A DNA stretch of 64,000 nt from Tubiluchus corallicola (lineage: Eukaryota > Animalia > Priapulida). A model generated the notes under the pieces. It did no database searches and was not told the DNA's origin. It saw nothing but the letters and a program-made list of their open reading frames with translations. Of the stretch, positions 49,861 to 63,456 are shown piece after piece. The DNA is taken from NCBI GenBank assembly GCA_030141605.1, contig JAQGDQ010000910.1, forward strand, positions 1 through 64,000, in the 5' to 3' direction. Position numbers and translations under genes: made by a program. Numbering within the stretch: position 1 is the stretch's first letter; every line of letters begins with the position of its first letter.

Positions 49861-50896
49861 AAATGGGGTTTCTATGAGTGTACTCGCTTAACCTCTAATC
49901 ATGACACCAACACAGTAAAATGCATTCAAAATATTAAATAATTTTCTCAGGAAGACGTTCAGCTAGAAACTTGGTATTCCACCTTTGTTAATGGATAAAT
50001 GTTACATAGTGGATTGTTGAAGGAGCAAAATTTTGATTAATTACCCAGTTTATTGTTAATTATTGGTTAATTCAGTTAATGAGATGTGTCCAATCTAGTC
50101 ATAACCATTTTCCTTGAGTAAGCTTTGCTTTTCAATTATAGATCCTGTCTTGCTAAAATGAAAAAATGTTGATATTAATGCAATAATTAATTCTTAACAA
50201 ATGACAGTCGGACAAGTGCAGCACATAATCAACACGTTACTTTTTACAATAAAATCAAGATTTTTGAAGTGAATTACTGTAGTGTATTTTGTTTTCGTTA
50301 CTAGATGGAGCCACCATGAAACAATGCGCTCCGTTGTACACGTTGCAGGAAACAGTTATTTTTTTGCATGCGTGCTTTGCTTTGTGCAAGTAATAATAAT
50401 TGTTATCTTGAGTTAGGAGGTAAGTGTTAACGCCGAGTACGCCGTGGTTACTTTGCTTGTAAAGAATTGTCTTTGGTGGTTCATTCCGTTTACGTTTTAC
50501 ATGCATGCCGGTCGTAAAGTTGCAACGTGGTATCATACTATACACGGTAGATTGATGATTATCGAATTCTCGATCTGCTTAAATAATAAATTATGACGTA
50601 CAATAAATTTTATGGGTTGTCTGATTTCACTTGGTCATAATTATGATTAAAGGGTGTAAACTAGCGTTGTAAATATAGTCAATGTTCACATTGTTCGGTA
50701 GGCTTACTCTGCAGGGTGATATGGACTAGATTATATAGATTTTATTCAGAACAGTTTATGGTGCTCCCTATAAAAATAATAGTATCTTTTCACTTTCAGT
50801 AGATAGTGCAGCGTAAGAAGTTTATAACGGCACTATAAGACATGCTGATGTAGATGAGATCACAAAATTTGTAGTGCTGCTGTAGAATAAAGAAAA

Positions 50897-51520
50897 ATGT
50901 ATAAAAAGAACTTCGTCTGCGTGTTATTCTGTGCTTGCTTATGGCTCTCTAATGGGAATTTTCTAAACGATGTTTCGAACACGGTTCACAAAGTTTCGAA
51001 AGTCGTAAACCGTGGTATTAACACGTTCACCGGCAGTGATTACAGAAGTCTTAAAACATTTAGTTGGAAAAACTGCGGAAGTCAAGCCGATCCAATCGTC
51101 TTGAAGAATATCACCGTTTCGCCTGATCCCGTGAAGATTCCCGGCGTTGCCAAGGTCTCGTTTGCGGGTCTTGTTGGCATGACCCTGGATAGTCCGTTGA
51201 AAATGGAACTGGAGGTCAAGAAAAAGGAAATTATCTGGATAGAAATACCTTGCATTGACGATGTGGGATCTTGTACGTATGACGACATTTGCACCAAACT
51301 ACCCCCGCCTACATGCCCACCCCCATTTGAGAAGTACGGCATTCCATGTCAATGTCCAGTCAAGGCAAACACGTACAACTTGCCGATGAGTGATATAGAA
51401 ATCCCGGATGCAGGCATCCCGTCTTTCCTGGAGGATGGTGATTTTTGGATTCGGGCAAAGTTTAGCATGAATGGGAAGCAGATGGGGTGCTATGAGTTTA
51501 ACTTCTCTGTGACAAGTTAA
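50897..51520 (+). CDS. GM2A: Ganglioside GM2 activator-like secreted ML-domain lipid-binding protein, 207 aa, intronless CDS
   Basis: Signal peptide, then FSWKNCG..DPIVLKNITVSPDPVKIPG, WIEIPCIDDVGSCTYDDIC, GIPCQCP and GDFWIRAK...MGCY. AATAAA at 51567. Possible 5' UTR intron from GTAAGT (50420) to tttcag (50799). Confidence 0.93.
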   Translation: MYKKNFVCVLFCACLWLSNGNFLNDVSNTVHKVSKVVNRGINTFTGSDYRSLKTFSWKNCGSQADPIVLKNITVSPDPVKIPGVAKVSFAGLVGMTLDSPLKMELEVKKKEIIWIEIPCIDDVGSCTYDDICTKLPPPTCPPPFEKYGIPCQCPVKANTYNLPMSDIEIPDAGIPSFLEDGDFWIRAKFSMNGKQMGCYEFNFSVTS

Positions 51521-51640
51521 AATTGGTGCTTTCAGTAAATGGCAATAATGGCTACACAGCATGAATAATAAAGCATTATCACTTTAAATATTACATCTTT
51601 GATAAAAAAGCATAATACCAGTTTTACATTTTTGTACTTA

Positions 51641-52130
51641 AAGGAAAGAACAAGTAACTCAGTGTATTGGGTTTATTTTACTGTTATCACTTGAACTGTT
51701 TGTGGTGTGTTAAAGGAAAGGAAAAGTCACTTAGTATGTTGGGTTTATTTTACTGTTATCACTTGAACTGTTTGTGGTGTGTTAGAGGAAAGAAGAAGTC
51801 ACTCAGTATGTTGGCTTTATTTTACTGTTATCACTCACTTAAACTGTTTGTGGTGTGTTAGAGGAAAGAACAAGTCACTCGGTGTGTTGGGTTTATTTTA
51901 CTGTTATCACTTAAAGTGTTTGTGGTGTGCTAGAGGAAAGAACAAGTCACTCGGTGTGTTGGGTTTATTTTAATGTTATCACTTAAACTGTTTGTGGTGT
52001 GCTAGAGGAAAGAACAAGTTACTCAGTATGGTGGGTTTATTTTACTGTTATCACTTAAACTGTTTGTGGTGTGCTAGATGAAAGAACAAGTTACTCAGTA
52101 TGTTGGATTTATTTTAATGTTATCGCTTTA
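51641..52130. repeat. 72-bp satellite, array 1 (~7 copies)
   Basis: Unit aggaaagaacaagtcactcagtatgttgggtttattttactgttatcacttaaactgtttgtggtgtgct(ag). Confidence 0.95.
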
Positions 52131-52951
52131 ACCCAGGTGTGGTGGTTGCCGCCATTCACTTGAAAGTCGTGACGCAACTGCGAGACTTCTTGAGTTTTCG
52201 TAAACTTGCGCTGCTTGAACTAATTCAAACTTCCGTAGCTTATTTAATATTTACCAATATATAATAGGCAAAAATATTACAAATTAGCTATCTAATTTTT
52301 CTGTAAAAACTAACAACACTTTTGACGAAGATTGACAGTGCACTACTTTTCTTCAAGACGAATGACGTTCATTGGAAGAAGAATGGTCGTTGAAAATGGG
52401 AGCGCCCAAGCATGAAGGTGATCGCGACTTAAAGTGAGTTAGTTACAGGAGGCGCTTATTGCAGTTTTATACTAAATATTTCTTACATTTTTTGTGAACA
52501 TTGAAATAAGCCTAACTTCCCAGAAGACTTGACTTCTCCTTTAATTCCGTCTTATGGCCGTCTTATTATATTCTATGTGGCCTAATTATAGCTCTATGAA
52601 ATAAAGTGTGATATGAGGCAATTTCATTTAATTACGTGATTAAAAAGATGCCCTAGTGACCTCTGAAAACAACAATCAGTTATTTTAATAGAATTCATAT
52701 GAAAAATTGGCTAAGAAATTATGAAAATTACCTTACATGTGTACAAGTTGACCCTTATGTACAAGTCGATGTGCATTTTAAGAGCAAACATTCCATCATT
52801 TTATATATTACCTGTGTACAAGTCGACCATAAAATATTAAGATCTTCCTGAGTAAATAAAGTCAACAATGGCCGAGTAATAAGTCAATATCCTACTGTGT
52901 TAGTCTGTAAGATACGTGCAAGTGCCTGGGCCGACTATATTATACCTACCC

Positions 52952-52994
<43 letters not shown>

Positions 52995-53679
52995 TCATGT
53001 TGAGGGCCCTCAATGCAATCCATGATAATGCAGCCTGTGGCCCGCAGGAATTGCGGGAAAGTTTAATGTGGCCCGGCTAGTCAGATAATTTGCACACCCC
53101 TGACTTATGGCTATTATACACCCCTGATATATAGTGTATACTATAGTATTAATTTGTAGTATGTAATACTTATTATAGTAAGTATCAGTGAATAAAATTG
53201 TAGTTACTTGTTTAATGAATGAATAACCATGATATTGGTTTACGATGAAAGTAAGTTCTATATTTTAATTTTAATTTTTAACGTGCACAACTATATATGA
53301 TTACCCGAGTAGCAACTATGGCGAAATTCATTATTGTACATTATTTTCCAAAATCATGAAACTTGCATTATTGCACAATGAAGTGTTACAAGTGCCTTAC
53401 AGTTCGTGTAATCTTGACGTACGTTGTACTTGGCAGCAGTGACAATCATGTACACTTATCGCACTGACTATTTTTGGATCGGAATTTTCATCATTTTGTG
53501 AATAAAATTGATAATGTTAATAAAAATGTTTACGAAGGTTTTTGTATGTACGGTGTATGGATGAAAATCCATCACAGACCAAAGCCTAAAGATTTAAAAA
53601 ACTGAAAACATTAATTAGGGAAAACTGCTCAGTCCAATGTTATTAGATCATACAATTATTTGGTGTTATATCGCGGTGT

Positions 53680-53898
53680 AACTAATCGCCGATAGATGGC
53701 AGCACCAAGCAATTAGGTCGTGAACACGACAGCAGAAGTGTGCGTCTGTAAGCGGTGAATTATTACTGTAGCAGCTAAAATGTTTTTACAACTAATCGCC
53801 GATAGATGGCAGCACCAAGCAATTAGGTCGTGAACACGACAGCAGAAGTGTGCGTCTGTAAGCGGTGAATTATTACTGTAGCAGCTAAAATGTTTTTA
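53680..53898. repeat. Tandem duplication, ~110 bp x2
   Basis: aactaatcgccgatagatggcagcacc...aaatgtttttac occurs twice. Confidence 0.9.
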
Positions 53899-54329
53899 CT
53901 GGAAATTACACGATTCAAATCACAATTGCGCGTTTAATAATCAACACGATTTAAGAGATAAAGTTTATTATCTTTTGGAATGAAAATTTTCGATTAAATC
54001 AGTGTAAGATGGTGATAATGTACGCAAATTGGCCTACGAATCATCGCTACTGTCATACAGCGGTTAAATAAAACTTCTTTTCTCATCGTTTTATATTAAA
54101 CGTCTTAATTTTCACTTAAATTGTTTTCACACGACTTTCGATATAAAAGTTTGGTGAAATGTGTGTACAGCAGCAGCAGTAGCAATGACAACAACAACAA
54201 CTACAAAAGCAGCAACAAAAATAACAAGACATAATTAGAATAATTAACCTCATCATAACGCCCCTACTCCACCAACCTCGGTTAATGCAAGACAAAACAA
54301 AATGTGTATATATTTTTTTATTTATTATT

Positions 54330-54636
54330 ATTATCACATTCAGTACAATATAATGACATTAAGCACACAGTAACATCAAAATTATTACATCTACTGTATT
54401 AAATTCTTATGTTTCATACACAATCGTTATCATAAAAGAATAATTGTACTGCAGTGGGCTAGAGAAGCAAAGGCTTGTATAAGCCCACTGTCATGTGAAC
54501 CCGATAAAAAAGAATAGATGAGTGAACAAAAAAGAACTGGGAGAAAGATTAGATCACACAGGAAGGGTAGAAGGATGTGTTAGTGGAAATGGTAGGAAGA
54601 AAGATAGTAGATTGCGCTATGTTGACATCAGCTCTA
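54330..54636 (-). mobile_element. Inverted copy of the 27786-28095 repeat
   Basis: Reverse-complement similarity visible by eye. Confidence 0.75.
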
Positions 54637-55349
54637 TTGACATTTGCATACACATCAATAATTAGGTGAATTGTGCCAAACTTGCTTAACGCCTGTTTTT
54701 TTGCAGTTCTGTGGTTGGCGATGTACGAAGAGGTCTGTATACGCTACTGTTTTATGCAATCTTAAAATAGGTTACAGTTTTGGAAGTTTCTCAAATATAC
54801 GACACATTGAAAAATTCTGGTAACATTTTCCTTGAAAAGCAAATTTGTATAAATTCGTTAAAACAATAGGATAATAATAACGCAATGCTATTAGGAACAA
54901 TGTTACAGTTTCGAAATTAGAACACAATGAAGTTACGAACAATGGATATTGACGTATTCGAAACAAAAACATGTACGATTCTAACGTAAATGAAAACAAT
55001 GATTGTTTGATAAAACATGACGAGGCCAATGTACGTGATGTGTTCACGTTATTTAGGCTTATTGCTACTGCGCAAGAAGAAGAAGAAGAAAAGAACAATG
55101 TTGGGTATACCATCGATGTTTTATCAAAGTTTATGGCAAATCATGGAAAATAAGTTATGATATCGACAATCCAGCTGGAACATGGAAATGCTGGAATGAA
55201 TTTTCACAGTAATGTTTTGAGCACGTTGGTGTCTGCTTGTATTCTTTTCATTGTCCAATCCCAGGTGAGGATCATCCGCTCGGAAGTGGTACATCGCAAA
55301 CCCCCCAAAGCGTGCCATCGGACCCTCCAACACCAACATTTTCTGTACG

Positions 55350-55812
55350 ATTTGGATTGTGGTATGTTAGAAGCTATGGATTTTGGTATTGGATTGTGGT
55401 ATGTTGGAAGCTATGGATTTTGGTATTGGGTTGTGGTAATCTTAGATGCAGTGGAGTTTGGTATTGGATTGTGGTATGTTAGAAGCTATGGAGTTTGGTA
55501 TTGGATTGTGGTAATTTTAGATGCTATGGATTTTGGTATTGGATTGTGGTATGTTACATGCAATGGAGTTTGGTATTGGATTGTGGTATGTTAGAAGCTA
55601 TGGATTTTGGTATTGGATTGTGGTATGTTGGAAGCTATGGATTTTGGTATTGGATTGTGGTAATCTTAGATGCAGTGGAGTTTGGTATTGGATTGTGGTA
55701 TGTTAGAAGCTATGGATTTTGGTATTGGATTGTCGTAATTTTAGATGCTATGGATTTTGGTACTGGATTGTGGTAATCTTAGATGCTATGGATTTGGTAT
55801 TGGATTGTGATA
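55350..55812. repeat. Minisatellite, 37-38-bp unit x~12
   Basis: Unit ggattgtggtatgttagaagctatggattttggtatt. Confidence 0.92.
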
Positions 55813-56002
55813 ACTTTTCATAAATCTTCTTTTAAACTTTTCATTCTTATTGTTCCCAAGCAAGATCCTGCTAGTAAATCACTCTATGCACAGACTAATG
55901 CTTAATAAAGTAAAGTTTACGTAAAACAACTGAACTTGCTAAATTGATGCGGTGTACAGCTTTGCTTTACCCATATGTCACGTTGTTGTCAAGACGCATG
56001 GC

Positions 56003-56132
56003 TGTGGTACACTTAACCTTTGACCTACTGCAACTGCGACACGTTGCTGCGTGGTACACTTAACCTTTGACCTACAGCAACTGCGACACATTACTATTTG
56101 GTACACTTAACCTTTGACCTACAATAACTGCG
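56003..56132. repeat. Tandem repeat, ~47 bp x3
   Basis: tggtacacttaacctttgacctac occurs three times. Confidence 0.85.
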
Positions 56133-56608
56133 CATGCGCATAAAAAACTGAAAAGCTTACTGCTGATTAAGTTGTTCGCAGTGTTTATTTGGTAGCCCTA
56201 TAATATATCGTAATATGTGATATTATATTAGCAATAATCATTGTTTCTTTAGTTTTGAAAACCGCTGCAGCTGTATTAATGTATCCCCCCATAAATTCAT
56301 ATTAACAGCAGCACCACAATTTTTTTACAATTTTCACTAATCTGAGAAGGGTAGCTGGCTCGATGACCAATTGGTCTTTCACTACCCTTTCTCCTGCACC
56401 CCCTTAACTCTTTCCCTTATGCTTAATTTATCCTTTTTAATCAATAACTAAAAAATAATAGTCAATTTGTATACAGGTGTAAATGAGGAGATAAATAAAA
56501 ACGTCTAATTGTCTCTAAAATGTCTCTAAAATGTATTAATTTCTTTCTTTTGATAACAGTGAGTGAAATATTGTTAATAAAACAATGATCACGCCATCTG
56601 GAGCTGTA

Positions 56609-58642
56609 TTAATTTCTTTCTTTTGATAACAAGGAGTGAAATATTGTTAATAAAACAATGATCACGCATAGCAACAATGCGCTAAAAACTGCGAGAAAAA
56701 CAAATCCAAACGGTGGATTTCGTTTGGCTCGTTGGGCGTGTGCAAGTCCCGCGAAGCGAGGGAAATTTCCTTTGTTTTCCAGGGTGACACGTGCCACGGC
56801 ATAACAACAACGTTCCACGCTGTAGGCGCCATGTTGATTGACGCAAGCTCTGATTCCGACCACCATGTTGACTTCCGGTACCGCTTTTAGTGCAATTTCT
56901 CCTTGATCGTTGATGTACAAGATGTCTTTATAACTGAGAATCGAGTAATTCAATGCTAGTGAGATATTTTTTGGATGAACGGCTTTAACAGCACCTACAG
57001 TTGAACCAATCTCTCCTTTGGTCGTCATCAAGTATACCTCCTGCAGAAACCGAGGATTCCTCGTCTTTGTTCTCTTCACAGAAACATTAATCTCTGTCTG
57101 TCCTTGTAGATTTCTATAATGTCTAAAGGCTTTTAACGTAATTTTATACGAATCTTTGCTATTCGCGTCCAGTGATTGTGCAATAACAAAATCAAGATAC
57201 GATCTGTGATAAGATTTGAGGTGAACACAGCCAGAGTTGACAGTTTGGAAATTTTGCACCGGAGTACCCGATTCTGTTTCTAGAACGTAGGACATGCTGA
57301 CCCTCGTGTACCAATATTTAATAGGTACTGTCAGTAATGCTGTACCAACTGGTTCATTTTCGTAAACATTTACGGAATACGACTTCTTCTCGAAGTCTAG
57401 TATATCTTGTCGTACTTTTATCGATAACAGAGCTCTGTCGTAATGTTCACGATTCTCGTGTTCTGTAGCTTGTATGAGGACGTAATAGTTGGCACTTCGT
57501 GGAAGGGACTGAGCAACAGTTATCTCACCGTTGACTTCGTCTATCTCAAACTTACCATCGGTTTGATCTGGAAAAGCAAAACTATAATATATGACGGTTC
57601 CCAGCTCCTCCAGGTCGCGGGCTGATATGGGACCTGGGTCAATTTCCAGGAGTTCTCCCACTGACGTTTCGCCAACCACGTCTGCTTTGTAAACGCCGGA
57701 CACCGCCGGTCTTTTGAACGCAGGATTTTCGTTATTTATGTCTCTGACTATAACTTCAAGTGTAGTATGGATGTATTGCTCTGGCGACACGGTTTCGTAA
57801 TAAATGAATCGATGAATCACGAGGTTTATCTCATGGTATGTCAATTTTCTATGGAACATCTTTTTCTTTACGTAGATATCGTAATGTGTTCTCGTTTGTC
57901 CATCTTTTTGTTCAAAATATTCATCCAAACTGCATGTTATGTGCAGAGGTGGTGGAAAGCGAGGTTCCAGGCACACTTTAAACTCAGTTGCATACGTGAA
58001 TGAATCCTTATCAGCTACTTCAAATGAAAACACTTTCGTTCCAACCAAAGTGCCTTCGTCTATTTCCAGAGGTGGGTAGGGTGACCCAACAAAAGTGGGC
58101 AGGAACATATCGACAGGGTGAATCCGGATCTTGAGAGTGATCAGATGAGCCTCGTTGGGATCGTATCTCGTACCTCTTCGTATTCGGGCACAGCATGCAA
58201 ATTCAATTATCGCACTAGGTGCGCGATTATCCAGCTCTTCACTTCTATACTTTGCAAAATACTTGCCCACAGATAGTGCCAATCTCAACTTTTGGTTTCT
58301 GTTCTCAAATTCATAATCTCGACCAAAACGATACTTGGGCCAGGTGAACAATTGCCAATCCATGCGACTGTCGGCCACCTCGTGGCGGTAAATGTAAGCA
58401 ATTTTGTTAAACAGGGGATCAGCGACGATACCAGTTTTTATCTTATCACCAGGTTGTAGTTTTTCACTAATATCTATGCTATAATAGTAATGATTGTATC
58501 TTCCATCTTGTATATAGCAAGCTCTTGGCGGTTTGCCAAAGATGTCCTTTGCTAGATTTTCTTGAAGTTTACTGATACAAATAGCAAAAAGATAGATGTA
58601 ATGGCTAATGGCTTTCTTCTCAAAATGTTGTGTCACCTCCAT
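56609..58642 (-). CDS. Cadherin-repeat single-pass membrane protein, 677 aa, intronless ORF
   Basis: Cadherin motifs PVDMFLPTF, EIDEGTLVGT, VADKD, VRDINNENPAF, SARDLE, FEIDEVNGEITV and VNVYENEPVGT. C-terminal hydrophobic helix FVFLAVFSALLLCVIIVLLTIF. Confidence 0.85.
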   Translation of the reverse strand: MEVTQHFEKKAISHYIYLFAICISKLQENLAKDIFGKPPRACYIQDGRYNHYYYSIDISEKLQPGDKIKTGIVADPLFNKIAYIYRHEVADSRMDWQLFTWPKYRFGRDYEFENRNQKLRLALSVGKYFAKYRSEELDNRAPSAIIEFACCARIRRGTRYDPNEAHLITLKIRIHPVDMFLPTFVGSPYPPLEIDEGTLVGTKVFSFEVADKDSFTYATEFKVCLEPRFPPPLHITCSLDEYFEQKDGQTRTHYDIYVKKKMFHRKLTYHEINLVIHRFIYYETVSPEQYIHTTLEVIVRDINNENPAFKRPAVSGVYKADVVGETSVGELLEIDPGPISARDLEELGTVIYYSFAFPDQTDGKFEIDEVNGEITVAQSLPRSANYYVLIQATEHENREHYDRALLSIKVRQDILDFEKKSYSVNVYENEPVGTALLTVPIKYWYTRVSMSYVLETESGTPVQNFQTVNSGCVHLKSYHRSYLDFVIAQSLDANSKDSYKITLKAFRHYRNLQGQTEINVSVKRTKTRNPRFLQEVYLMTTKGEIGSTVGAVKAVHPKNISLALNYSILSYKDILYINDQGEIALKAVPEVNMVVGIRACVNQHGAYSVERCCYAVARVTLENKGNFPRFAGLAHAQRAKRNPPFGFVFLAVFSALLLCVIIVLLTIFHSLLSKERN

Positions 58643-58797
58643 GATGTTTCGTTATCTGTTCGTATGTTTCCATGGAAACAAAAGTCGTTCCTATGGAAGC
58701 ATCTCAAGTAAAGTATATCTAACTGATTCAAATGAGTAACTTATATTTGTTGCTGCAACTTTTGTTGCTACTGATGCAGTTGCTGCTATCCTTTCAC

Positions 58798-59912
<1,115 letters not shown>

Positions 59913-60423
59913 CTTACTTTGATTAACCTCAGTAGACTAAATTGGTTCATACAACGTTAGCGGAAACTGGCTGAAATTCTGAATTACTGGACATAGCGTC
60001 CAGTGGTCTGGTAGTCAAGTAATAGGCCTACTGCTTACTGATACACTAAAGGTTTTAATATGCACAGAGGAACAGCTAAAAGTATAATCACGTTAGTAAG
60101 CTATGTAAAAGCAATTTCAACTAAAGACTTGGTAAAGTACTTCTGGTTAATGACAGATATGACGTCATTTTATTAAAATATCATTCATAATCCTGTTCTT
60201 CAATTCAATGTTCATGTATTATTCATTGTTATTTATAGACAACTTCAACAAGTTTTAACGTGGTTTATTAACAACTATTTATAGCCCCTTCGCTTTAAAT
60301 TCTGTAGATCCGTAGTTATTTATTACCTTTTAGAATAATTTTTTTTGGTTTGTCCTATTTTTGGCTAAAGTTTACAATTCTCCACTACACAAGAAATTAG
60401 TTCGTGTATATGGATTAGTGATT

Positions 60424-60500
60424 AAGGTTACGGATTAGGATTAGGGTTAGGATTAGGCTATAGTGATATAGGGTTACGGGTTGGGTTAGGTTAGGGTTAG
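60424..60500 (+). repeat. Degenerate interstitial (TTAGGG)-like repeats
   Basis: ggattaggattagggttaggattagg...ggttaggttagggttag. Confidence 0.6.
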
Positions 60501-60527
60501 AGTATTTAAATTGTGTGGCGAATTGCA

Positions 60528-60980
60528 TAACCCCTTCCCTATTTTTTTGTATATTCATTGTTATTTATAACCCCTACTATATTTTTCTGTTTATTCATTG
60601 TTATTTATAGCCCTTCCCTATTTTTCTGTTTATTCATTGTTATTTATAACCCCTTTCCCTAATTTTCTGTTAATTCATTGTTATTTATAGCCCCTTCCCT
60701 AATTTTCTGTTTATTCATTGTTGCTGATAACCCCTTCCCTAATTTTCTGTTTATTCATTGTTATTTATAACCCCTTCCTATTTTTCTGTTTATTCATTGT
60801 TATTTATAACCCCTTCCCTAATTTTCTGTTTATTCATTGTTATTTATAACCCCTTCCCTAATTTTCTGTTTATTCATTGTTATTTATAACCCCTTCCCTA
60901 ATTTTTTTTTTTTTTTTTATTTTTTTTTTTTATTTTTTTTTTTTATTTTTATTTATAATTTTCTGTTTATTCATTGTTAC
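60528..60980. repeat. Minisatellite, 40-bp unit x~10
   Basis: Unit aaccccttccctaattttctgtttattcattgttatttat. Confidence 0.92.
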
Positions 60981-61172
60981 TTATTTTTTATTCATATAAT
61001 CATAATTATATTCTTGATAGATAGTCTGACTGACTGACTGACTGACTGATTGAATTTATTTATGATATTTGAAGCTGATGTTTCATTTCACAGGATGCTT
61101 TAAAACTATAACAAAATTACAAGTGAATTCTAATAAACGCATGATATAATTTTAAAAAATTTAATTTAAATA

Positions 61173-63456
61173 AAAGAACAAGCCGTTCAGTACGTTGGGT
61201 TTATTTTACTGTTATCACTTAAACTGCCTGTGGTGTGTTAGAGGAAATAATAAATCACTCCGTCTGTTGGGTTTATTTTACTGTTATCACTTAAAGTGTT
61301 TGTGGTGTGTTAGAGGAAAGAACAAGTCGCTCAGTACGTTGGGTTTATTTTACTGTTATCACTTAAACTGTTTGTGGTGTGCTAAAAGAAAGAACAAGTC
61401 GTTCAGTACGTTGGTTTTTTTTTACTGTTATCACTTAAACTGTTTGTGGTGTGGTAGAGGAAAGAACAAGTCGCTCAGTACGTTGGGTTTATTTTACTGT
61501 TATCACTTAAACTGTTTGTGGTGTGCTAAAGGAAAGAACAAGTCACTCAGTACGTTGGGTTTATTTTACTGTTATCAGTTAAACTGTTTGTGGTGTGCTA
61601 GAGGAAAGAACAAGTCACTCAGTACGTTTGGTTTATTTTACTGTTATCACTTAAACTGTTTGTGGTGTGCCAGAGGAAAGAACAAGTCACTCAGTACGTT
61701 GGGTTTATTTTACTGTTATCACTTAAACTGTTTGTGGTGTGCTAAAGGAAAGAACAAGTCACTCAGTACGTTGGGTTTATTTTACTGTTATCACTTAAAC
61801 TGTTTGTGGTGTGCTAAAGGAAAGAACAAGTCACTCAGTACGTTGGGTTTATTTTACTGTTATCACTTAAACTGTTTGTGGTGTGCTAAAGGAAGGAACA
61901 AGTCACTCAGTACGTTGGGTTTATTTTACTGTTATCACTAAAACTGTTTGTGGTGTGCTAAAGGAAAGAACAAGTCGCTCAGTATGCTGGGTTTATTTTA
62001 CTGTTATCACTTAAACTGTTTGTGGTGTGCTAGAGGAAAGAACAAGTCGCTCAGTACGTTGGGTTTATTTTACTGTTATCACTTAAACTGTTTGTGGTGT
62101 GCTAAAGGAAAGAACAAGTCACTCAGTACGTTGGGTTTATTTTACTGTTATCAGTTAAACTGCTTGTGGTGTGCTAGAGGAAAGAACAAGTCACTCAGTA
62201 CGTTTGGTTTATTTTACTGTTATCACTTAAACTGTTTGTGGTGTGCCAGAGGAAAGAACAAGTCACTCAGTACGTTGGGTTTATGTTACTGTTATCACTT
62301 AAACTGTTTGTGGTGTGCTAGAGGAAAGAACAAGTCACTCAGTACGTTGGGTTTATTTTACTGTTATCACTTAAACTGTTTGTGATGTGCTAGAGGAAAG
62401 AACAAGTCACTCAGTACGTTGGGTTTATTTTACTATTATCACTTAAACTGTTTGTGGTGTGCTAGAGGAAGAACAAATCACACAGTACGTTGGGTTTATT
62501 TAACTGTTATCACTTAAACTGTTTGTGGTGTGCTAAAGGAAAGAACAGGTCACTCAGTACGTTGGGCATATTTTACTGTTATCACTTAAACGGTTTGTGG
62601 TGTGCTAGAGGAAAGAACAAGTCACTCAGTACGTTGGGTTTATTTTACTGTTATCACTTAAACTGTTTGTGGTGTGCTGGAGGAAAGAACAAGTCACTCC
62701 ATATGTTGGGTTTATTTTACTGTTATCACTTAAACTGTTTGTGGTGTGCTAGAGGAAAGAACAAGTCACTCAGTACGTTGGGCATATTTTACTGTTATCA
62801 CTTAAACTGTTTGTGGTGTGCTAGAGGAAAGAACAAGTCACTCAGTACGTTGGGTTTATTTTACTGTTATCACTTAAACTGTTTGTGGTGTGCTAGAGGA
62901 AAGAACAAATCACACAGTATGTTGGGTTTATTTTACTGTCATCACTTAAACTGTTTGTGGTGTGCTAAAGGAAAGAACAAGTCACTCAGTATGTTGGGTT
63001 TATTTTACTGTCATCACTTAAACTGTTTGTGGTGTGCTAAAGGAAAGAACAAGTCACTCAGTATGTTGGGTTTATTTTACTGTCATCACTTAAACTGTTT
63101 GTGGTGTGCTAGAGGAAAGAACAAGTCACTCAGTATGTTGGGTTTGTTTTACTGTTATCACTTAAACTGTTTGTGGTGTGCTAAAGGAAAGAACAAGTCG
63201 CTCAGTACGTTGGGCTTATTTTACTGTTATCACTTAAACTGTTTGTGGTGTGCTAAAGGAAAGAACAAATCACACAGTATGTTGGGCTTATTTTACTGTT
63301 ATCACTTAAACTGTTTGTGGTGTGCTAAAGGAGTGAACAAATTACACAGTATGTTGGGTTTATTTTACTGTTATCACTTAAACTGTTTGTGGTGTGCTAA
63401 AGGAAAGAACAAGTCGCTCAGTACGTTGGGCTTATTTTGCTGTTATCACTTAAACT
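61173..63456. repeat. 72-bp satellite, array 2 (~32 copies)
   Basis: Same unit as 51641-52130. The ORF track shows a 24-aa periodicity. Confidence 0.97.

Noticed and set aside
55124-55345. Peptide GGFAMYHFRADD faintly like a GH18 chitinase C-terminal motif
   Set aside because: Weak match, poor splice acceptor, and no other GH18 exons.
60424-60500. True telomere or chromosome fusion site
   Set aside because: Short, degenerate, single-orientation repeats in an interstitial position.
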